Shown: one piece after another, positions 55,148 to 64,000 of the stretch
Layout of the letters: every line of letters begins with the position of its first letter
Position numbering within the stretch: position 1 is the stretch's first letter
Origin: Octopus sinensis
Taxonomy: Eukaryota
Length of the DNA stretch: 64,000 nt
NCBI RefSeq assembly: GCF_006345805.1
Contig: NC_043010.1
Location: 24,800,001-24,864,000, forward strand
Reading direction: 5' to 3'
The notes under the pieces: generated by a model
Databases searched by the model: none
Seen by the model: only the letters and a program-made list of their open reading frames with translations
Told to the model about the DNA's origin: nothing
Position numbers and translations under genes: made by a program

Positions 55148-57123
55148 CACAACATTTAGTACTTTTTCATATACTGAAAGGTATTTAGGAAGTATAATAT
55201 TAGTTAGAACAAAAAGAAACAATAAAACTCTGCACTGTAAATACCTTGATAACTCTTTTCTTAAGATGAGAAGAGCTTTGACGATCAAGATTTTCTGGAG
55301 TGTATACCTTCATCTCTTCTGACTAGAGACCATATATAATCTCCCATCATAGCAGTATCCCATCGTCCTTGGTATCTTCTTTCCATAGTTGCGATGTCCT
55401 GATGAAATCTCTCACCATGCTCTTCACTGACATCACACAAGTTTTCGGGAGAAAAATCTTGGTGAGAGTGCAAAAAAGGAACCTTTAAGGACATACGACA
55501 ACCCATTTTCTCGAAGTTTTCAATAAACTTTGCTACCAGCTGTTTGTAAATAGGATCCTTGTGACTTCCTAGGAATCCACGAAATGCACACCAAGCTTCT
55601 TTTTCAACTTTTGTCATCACTCTTTCCAGTCTCTTCAACTTTAACATTGCATTTACTTGGGGCCCAACAAATATGCCACTCTTGATCTTATCTTTGGAAA
55701 CATAAGACAAATTTCTTGAAAAGCTTCTCCTCTAAAATCTAAGGTCTTCAAAAACTGTTTTATCAATCCGAGTTTGTTATGAAGTGGGGTTAATAAGATT
55801 TTGTTGGAATCTACTAGAGGCTATTTGAGAACATTTAACATTCCTGGCTGCAGTTCCACTTGTGGGGGCCAATGTACTCTCTTGTAATGATGATCATCAG
55901 CTCTGCTGTCCCATAAGCAAAGGAAACATGAATACTTTGTGTATCCCCCTTGCAAGCCAAGCAAGAAGGCAAGCATCTTGAAATCACCACAAACATCCCA
56001 CTTGAACTCAGCGTAATTTATTTTGTCGAGAAGTTCTTTGATATTATCGTAATTTTCTTTCTTCTGTATGGAGTGTGCAAGAAGCAAATACGGATATTTA
56101 TTTCCATTATGGAGCAACACTGCTTTGAGACTTCGAGTTGAGCTACCTATGAACAGTCGCCATTCTGCAGAATCATGCTTGAGTCCAATAGCAGTAAACA
56201 AGCCAATCACATCTTTACAATAACACAGATCATTAATATTTTCATAGTAAATTTCAAATTCTTCATGGCGTTTCCGGTACAGAGATGTCTTTCAGTCTTC
56301 CCCCAGTAGATTCCATTCTTTCAACCTTGATGAAAGAAGTTCAGCTCCTAACTTAGTAAGATCCCAGATCCCTGATTAAATCATCTAGATCACTCTGATT
56401 TGGAAAGTGAGGCTCCAAAGTCGTTCTTGGTACGAAAGCTTCCTCCATTTCTTGGCTGCTGCTACTTGTTGACTCTTCAGATGAAATATTTTATGGTGAT
56501 AGTGGTACTCGTAAACTGTCATCATGATGATGGTGTGTCTGGATACTGAAGAGCTTGTCTTCCTTTCACTTTTCTGTACTCTGTCACATCGATCATACAA
56601 AAGTAACAGTCATCATGATGGTTCTTTGGCTCTCTCCACACCCTTGGAATGGCAAAAGGCTTTGACCTTCCTGTACCTCTTAACCATCTTTCTAGAGTAG
56701 ATCGACAGCTTCCACATATCACATGTGGGGCCCATGGTTTGTCCTGGTCACCCATGGGCATTCCGAAATAGAGTCTGTATGCTATCCACAATTTGGCACC
56801 TTTCACGATCTTATGTAATACCTGCTTTTTTCCAATATAATAACCACACACAGCAAAATGTATCTGGAGAATTTTTACATATTCCAGTAGTCTAAAAGTA
56901 GCAGAACTTAGTAATTGGTCTGACAGAAAAAATTAGACATACATTTAGTAGCGGAACATTATAACAATACTGAATATATAATAACATTGAAAGTCGACAT
57001 ATTTTTTTAACTGTTGATGATACATAAAAAAAATTTCATTTTTGGAATCAGCAGAAAAAATGGATTGATAAACAATAAAAAAAATACAATAAACAATTTT
57101 TTTATGAAAATCGTTACGTTGTG
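55148..57123 (-). mobile_element. Complete Chapaev3-like (CMC) DNA transposon with degenerate transposase
   Basis: tta|CACAAC...GTTGTG|tta termini (3-bp TTA TSD); DQDKPWAPHVICGSC, WREPKNHHDDCYFC, WRLFIGSSTRSLKAVLLHNGN, SEEHGERFHQDI..MERRYQGRW; multiple stops/frameshifts. Confidence 0.8.
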
Positions 57124-57559
57124 TTATTATTATTATTATTATTATTCAGGTTACTGGCTGGAATCGAAGTCGGAATCTTGGGGTTTGTAGCCTGCGCTTT
57201 CAACCACTCCGGCATAAGCCCGTGGACTATATTTCAATAGTTATTTAATTTTTTCATATGTTCACCGTCTTAGCCACGTCCAAACACACGGCTCGTGGAT
57301 TTAAAAACCTAAAGGGCAAATGCTGTATGACAAACGTAATTTGACTATGAGTAAATGGCATGGATGGAGATGTATGAAAAGTCAATTATATCATATCTGT
57401 TAATTATTTTATCCACCCAAGAACGATGATAAGCAAAGTATACGCTAGTCGGATTTGAATTCAGCTGTAAAGTGATGTAACCCGATATTCATTGATGAAA
57501 TAAGGCACAAAGTCTTCCCCCATTCACAGATTTTAATGTGACGAACTAGAGCAGAATTA

Positions 57560-57840
57560 TTAGCATGTCGGAAAGATACCTAACGGCATTTCCTGCTCTT
57601 TACGTCCTGGGTTCGATCCCGCCCAGATCCGCTTTGCCATTCACCACCCCAGAGTCGATAAAAATAATGTACCCGTCAAGTACTGGACTGATTGTATCGA
57701 CAAACACTTTTCCCTCAAATTTTCTTTTATTTTTTCGGGATCGATAAAATGAAATACCAGTCAAGTACAAAGGTTGGTGTAATCGACTAGCCCCTCCCCT
57801 CAAAACTGTTGGTATCGTGCCAAAGTTAGAAAGAATTAAC
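57560..57840 (+). mobile_element. SINE family B, diverged
   Basis: Partial core match. Confidence 0.55.
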
Positions 57841-58389
57841 ACGTTTCGATTCACACGCTTCTCTTAAATGAAACACGGTTCGCTTTTTTAAGTCATTCGC
57901 TCTCCACTCGCGGAGGTACTTTATTGTATGTTATTGCTTGAGGCGTAGATAGAGAATTTCGGTGAAAAGGACCAAATCTAGCGACAAATGGTTATTTCAA
58001 GTTCCATGAATCGCCTCGAACCACGTACAGACCATTAATCTTTTAAAACGAGCCGAAAAGAAAGCTTGTAAGTGATCGCACGACCTACTAGAAATAACAA
58101 CCGTATCGGATCTTTACCTTTTGACAGACAGATTTAAAAAATAATTTTTTGTAACTAAACACTTTCAAACTTCGGACACTGGTAGAATGTGTTATATAAT
58201 ACATCATTTACTCTTTGCGTTTTTGAGAAAAGCTTATATTTAGGAAATTATTTCACGTTAAAGTTGTCGTATTTCGGTAATTTCAACCAATCAATGACGT
58301 GTATTCAGCTGAATAAAATTATTGCTGTCCACCGTATCTCTCTCATATCATCACAAACCGTTATCGTAGAAGAAAGGAAATGCAGGGAT

Positions 58390-58720
58390 TCCTAATTCCA
58401 TGTATATATTATATGACTGAAAATTTGACCAACGATGAACAAAAGTGAAATCATCAAGCAGAACTGGAAAACAGAGAATTCAGAAATGGTTAGACGGAAT
58501 TGGACTAAAGAGTATGAAAGACCAGCCATGTTGAAATTAACTGTTTACAGAATACGTGACAAATTTGAGCTGACTGGGTCCATCTGCAATGCACATAAAA
58601 GTACTTGCCACTCAAGAAAATGAAATGCTTGTGAGACAAACATTCGCTCAAAGTCCCCGGGAATAAAAAAAAGAGGGCTTCCAATGAATTAGGCAGCTCT
58701 CGCAGATCCGTTCGTCGATT
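58390..58720 (+). mobile_element. Mariner-like transposase N-terminal remnant
   Basis: TVYRIRDKFELTGSI resembles the HTH region (F..TGSV). Confidence 0.45.
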
Positions 58721-58824
58721 TACGAATTGTTTGGATTTAAAAAAGAAAAATGAGAAATGAAAAGAATATTCCTCACATATAAATCAACAGCATACATGCA
58801 TTTGCCCGCCCCTAGATATAATGT

Positions 58825-59085
58825 ATGTGGAGGCACACACTGGGCGATGTGTGTGTTTATGAGCGAAACACCTAAGCCCCACGCGGCGCCGGCAGAAGGT
58901 AATGGCGAACCTCTGCTGACTCTTTCCCCACAAATTTCTCTCACTCTTTCCTCATGCACCTTGCAGCTCACCTGCGATGAACCGGCGTCCCGTCCAGGTG
59001 GGGAACCTATACGCCAAGGAAACCGGGAAACCGGGAAACCGGCCCTTATGAGCCAGGCATGGCTTCAGAAGGAACAAACAACAAC
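58825..59085 (+). mobile_element. V/Meta-domain-like SINE (related to 48390-48680)
   Basis: cctgcgatgaaccggcgtcccgtccagg core and gaaaccgggaaaccggcccttatgagcc tail. Confidence 0.6.
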
Positions 59086-59466
59086 AGGTATAATGCATAC
59101 AACATCTTACATAAAAGTAAAAATAAAAAGCTAAGTAAATTCTAGTATACGGAAAACTATCTCGTATAATTGTGTTTTTCGTGATACAAGCAACTCGGTT
59201 ACTCGTATTTCTTAAAGGTTTTCTCTGTCTTGATGTCAGTGTTACCATGAAACTTTTCCTATGTTTAAATAACATTAAAGTTATGATTGTGTTCATGGGT
59301 CAGATAGAGGCTGACCTGTCTTCTCACAATGAAGGCTATTGATACAAAGCAACGCTAAAAACATGCGATGATACACTTATAAAGGAAACAAATGTTTTCT
59401 GTCGGAAAACGTAAATAATGGATTATAAACGCCCGAATATACTGGGGACTTGTTTGATGTTGTTAT

Positions 59467-59467
<1 letters not shown>

Positions 59468-59526
<59 letters not shown>

Positions 59527-59560
59527 GGAGGAGGAGGAGGAGGAGGAGGAGGAGGAGGAG
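59468..59560. repeat. (GAT)n(GAG)n compound trinucleotide repeat
   Basis: Direct reading. Confidence 0.95.
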
Positions 59561-60304
59561 AAGGATGTTACTGCGGTTGATGTTGCTATTGTTGTTTTTC
59601 TGACCTTTTATACTATAATTTTACTTGTTTCTGCCATTAGTCTTTTGACCATGCTGGAGCACACAAACTTGTGGAGTGTTTTCGAAAGCGGTGCTCCAGC
59701 ATCGCCGCATTCCAATGACTAAAACGAATAAAATAAAATATAGACCCACCCACACTGCCCAACTGCTTATTTTATAGACCTCGGAAGGATAAAAAAAAAC
59801 ATACCTGTGTAGGATTTGAACTTTAAATCCTCTCGCCATACATTTAAACGTAGTTAATATGGAGGTCACAACAAAAATGAATGTAGTTAAATTTAAAGTT
59901 TCAATGAACTGTAAAGGCCCTTGTAGAACCCATATGGGCGTCTTAAGATATCTGTAGACCAAGAGGAATGAAGAAATATATTTCTAGACAGGTTGCTTGC
60001 CTATCGTAAGAACCACTTGTTCGGAAAACATCGTGTTTTTCGGCAGCTATGTTTTGAATAGGGTTCCATATAGATGCATTAATGTGCTTCTACTCAGTCC
60101 CACATTCACATGTTAATGAGCGAAATGTCTAAAACCTTATCTGCTCATCCATTTCATCAAATTCTTTTATCGCTTCACAAAATTCCTTCAGTTCACCGGC
60201 GGGCGGCATTACTGTATCGCGTGATTTCACCATACCGCGAATTATCAGCGACAGCCAGATATACGGTGTCGAATTGAAAAACGACTCTATTCTGCCAGAT
60301 TCAA

Positions 60305-60700
60305 ATACTCTTTTCTACTCTAGGCACAAGGCCCGAAATTTGGGGGAGGACACCAATCGATTAGATCTACCCCAGTACGCAGCTGGTACTTAATTTATCG
60401 ACCCCGAAAGGATGAAAGGCAAAGTCGACCTCGGCGGAATTTGAACTCAGAACGTAATGACAAGCGAAATACCTATTTCTTTACTACCCACAAGAGACTA
60501 AACACAGAGAGGACAAACAAGGACAGAAATGGATTAAGTCGATTACATCGACCCTAGTGCGCAACTGGTACTTATTTAATCGACCCCGAAAGAATGAAAG
60601 GCAAAGTCGACCTCGGCGGAATTTGAACTTAGAACGTAGCAGCAGGCAAAATACCGCTAAACATTTCGTCCGGCGTGCTAACGTTTCTGCCAGCTCTCCA
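60305..60700 (-). mobile_element. Two tandem SINE family B units
   Basis: Core match twice. Confidence 0.85.
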
Positions 60701-60832
60701 CCTTTCCAGATTCAAATACTGATATATCTATTAATTAGCACATCCAAGTTTATTTGTATGTGTTGTTTATAACGCCTTGCTCTGTCGTGAACTTCCAGGA
60801 AAATCGTTTCGAGCAGAAAGCATTTAAATTCT

Positions 60833-61016
60833 ATTATCGGTTGACGAAAATCCGTCATTATACCGGCGGATGACACTACCCTATTCGTGATTTCACCATA
60901 TCGCAGATCATCACCGGAAGCTACCCAAGCCGAATGCCAGACAGAAAACCAAAGAAATCATGTGATACACTAGTGTCATCCGCCGGGGTACTGACGGGAT
61001 TTCGCTAATCGATAAT
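60833..61016. mobile_element. MITE-like element with ~45-bp imperfect TIRs
   Basis: ...accggcggatgacacta / tagtgtcatccgccggggta... Confidence 0.5.
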
Positions 61017-61969
61017 CGATGCTTTTTAACATGTGTTATCTACACGAAGTGATTTTTCGGTTCGTTTACATCGGTCAAAGATGTTACAAGCAGCACATCC
61101 AACTTAACTTGGATGTATTAATTAATATTCGTTACAAAAGTTACTTCTGTTGCTAACAGCTAATTGTTAAATCATTATTTCTAGCTTTACCGAACTTGCT
61201 GTTGTTGTTTAGCCCTGCTCAAGAAGAGAAACTTGAGCATCCAGTAATTTTTGTTGTTCTTGGTATTTAAAATAAATTATATCTCGGATTATATTATTCA
61301 ATATAGCAGTAGTCAGGGTTTTGAAGAAAATTTAGCTGTTATTTCTAGCAATCACGTAGGGACTTTATCTTAGGATTGATTTTGATTGTTGCTATTTAAA
61401 CTCAGATCAACCCTAATAGCGCAAACTCATGGCAAAAGATAATCTAATCGAATTCACTGCTATAATTGGGCCCCGTATAATCGTTGCTTATTCAAGTAGT
61501 TGTTACAAATGACCGCCAGTACTTGACTGGCGTTTTATTTTTACCGACTCCGGAGAAATGAAAGCAAATCTGACCGATAGAGAATTTGGTCTCAGAATAC
61601 CAAGTGCAGCAAGAGATTTTTTACAAGGCCGTAACGATTCTGCCAGCTCACCGTTTTTATCGGGTCATGCGTTACAACAGATTAAACGAAGCTATTATGA
61701 GGTTGTTATGAGGAAGGCTTTCCAACTCCTCATTTAAGAAAACTTCCTCACCGAAATGTCTATAAATGGTCGAGTCAGTCTGACAGCAAACAGCCGATAT
61801 CTTTATTAGTAACATCCCACATTGTGTACGTCAAATAAATTACTCATTAACATTAATATATGGCATGTGGGAGGACCATTGTAATTGATGTGAACATTCA
61901 TAATGGGCTGATATAAACGCAAAAATTCACTAGAAGCACCACAGTCATCAGAACTGGAAAATTACGGCA

Positions 61970-62180
61970 GATTTATATATATATATATGGGGGATATGAG
62001 TGTGTGTGTGAGTGTGTGTATACGTATATATATATATATATATACATACGTATATATATATACATATATCTACATACATATATACAGCTACATACATATA
62101 TATATATACATATATATATATACATGGATACAGCTATAAACATCTATATACATATATATATACATCTATACACATATATC

Positions 62181-62233
<53 letters not shown>

Positions 62234-62245
62234 TCACTCATACGC

Positions 62246-62322
<77 letters not shown>

Positions 62323-62522
62323 TATATAGATACATACACACACAGAAATCGGGGAGAGAGGAAAATAAAATTTCTACGAGATTATTTACTTGCATATATG
62401 AATATATATGTGTGTGTGTGTGTGTGTGCGTGAGAGAGAGAGAGAGAGAATAAATATATATACGAATAAATATTTATATATATATGAATATATGCGTGCG
62501 TGTGTGTGTGTGTGTGTGTGTG

Positions 62523-62555
<33 letters not shown>
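61970..62555. repeat. (TA)n/(TG)n/(AG)n microsatellite complex
   Basis: Direct reading. Confidence 0.95.
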
Positions 62556-62929
62556 ACCAGGTAATGGGAAAGTAGCGCCCAGTTTCTGGGAAGTCATACC
62601 TTCCTTTGTTGTTTTGCAAGTTATTACTGTCAGTTTTTGAAAGTTACTAAATCTGGATCGTGTATCATATTGTTAATACTCGTTGATGTCACAATCCGAC
62701 CTCTTGCACCGAGAAGAATTGTATTCCAGAAGGGAAATGGGTACAACAGTAAACTAGAAGGCTGAAATAAAGTGCAATGAAAGGAAATCAAGTATATGTA
62801 AACAGGATGATAGGTTACACAGCAGGGGAATGAATGGATGGTGGGTGTGTCTCAATCCAGTGCTATCAATTGATCAGTTGCAGGTAAAAAAGACGAACGC
62901 ACTTAGCCTTGGAAATTCAGGTACGCAAG

Positions 62930-64000
62930 ATGGTGAAACCGCTCATTAGATTCTTCATTGTTGCTTGGCAGGTTATTATTGACAGTTTTTGGAAGTCACG
63001 AAATTCACATCAAGTTGACCCATGAATTCGCTTTCAATAAATCAATGCATGGCAGTTGTGAAACATTACTACAACTACAATGGAAGACAATCCTTGAACG
63101 CACGCCGTCTGGCGGAGGATTTTGATATTAACTCGTCCCATGGAAAAAACATGCATTAGATTATCAAGAAATTTGAAACTACAGGGTCGGCAGCCACTGT
63201 AAAATAAAACGTCTGGTCATTCATAAACGGCTACGAATGAATCTAAGGCTGAAGGAACTCCACAAAAGTCAACTCACCATTTATCTGCAGAGATGGGAGT
63301 GAGCCAGCCAAGTGTTATGTGTATGCTTCACAAAATGGAAACCTTACATTCCACACTTACTGCATGCTGTTCAGGATGAAGATGATGACCACCGTCTTCA
63401 ATTTTGCGTAGAGTTCCTGGCTAAACTTGTTAGAGACGCATCAATGTTTAACAGTATCTTGTGCTCAGATGAGGCTTGTTTAAAATTCAATGACACCACA
63501 GGCACAACTGTATCTATTAGGCTGAGGGGAACTCAAAAGTGACGGTTGATAAGGAAGTGAACTTACCTGGTGTGACAGTTTGGGCAGCCACACCTTCATT
63601 GGGAATAATTGGTCCTTCTTTATGTGAGAGAGTTTTCAATGGGGTCAGGTAATTGGATATGTTTCAAACCTTCTTTTGGCTCAGGATACAAGATCAAAAC
63701 TGTTATTTCCAGCAAGATGGAGCCTCCACCTCATAATGCACAACATGCACGTCAGTGGCTTGAGAAAAACTTTCCTGGAAAGTGAATCGGATGCTGCAAT
63801 CCGACTGAGTGGCCGGCACGCTCCCCAGACCTCACACCGGCATATTTCTTTTGGAGGGCGACCCTTAACGACCTTATTTATCGTGAAAAACCTTGTACTA
63901 TTCAGGAATTGAAATTTAAAATTACTGAAAAGTTTGAGGAAATTTATAATAAAATCTTCAAATGCGTGTGCCATACTGTGCCTGCTCAGTTGCACTTGTA
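62930..64000 (+). mobile_element. Tc1/mariner-superfamily transposase remnant, running off the right edge
   Basis: KWKPY..HLLH, ILCSDEA, LPGVTVWAA, YFQQDGA, EWPARSPDLTP motifs with stops and frameshifts. Confidence 0.8.

Noticed and set aside
57145-57220. tRNA-like sequence on the minus strand, and other A/B-box heads
   Set aside because: Poor cloverleaf with simple-repeat tails; SINE heads, not tRNA genes
59418-59722. Poly-Asp/Glu and poly-Met/Arg ORFs
   Set aside because: (GAT)n(GAG)n microsatellite without splice or coding context
62600-62761. Minus-strand 162-nt segment with good acceptor (tttatttcag) and donor (gaag|gtatga)
   Set aside because: Stops in all three frames; at most a non-coding exon, and unsupported

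Overview
Eukaryotic, repeat-rich DNA, most likely an octopus (coleoid cephalopod). This is inferred from the tRNA-derived SINE families and dense (TA)n/(AGAT)n microsatellites. There is one 100-N gap (43853-43952). Two + strand genes share a previously unlabelled six-cysteine module, C-X15-C-X3-C-X4/5-C-X4-C-X-C. Gene 1 (terminal exon ~1336/1387-19092; 5' exons lie left of the window) is a giant ~5,900-codon mucin-like protein. It has five Cys6 modules, an Arg/Ile block, ~15 kb of PTT repeats with higher-order duplications and indel frameshifts, and an Arg-rich CxC tail. Gene 2 is a predicted three-exon secreted protein (26105-26236, 37740-38028, 43973-44511; 319 aa). It has an AA15-LPMO-like domain that appears to lack the N-terminal catalytic His, a His/Tyr-rich linker and two Cys6 modules. 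The rest is mobile DNA: a full-length Tx1/L1 element with TSD inside a SINE, a 5'-truncated CR1-type LINE, HERO and RTE fragments, a complete Chapaev3-like transposon, Tc1/mariner remnants and many SINEs. There is also a Penelope-like (PLE) RT fragment and several PLE-type terminal repeats that fold back inside (TA)n tracts and carry type-I hammerhead ribozyme motifs with palindromic stem III. All family assignments are by eye; no searches were run.
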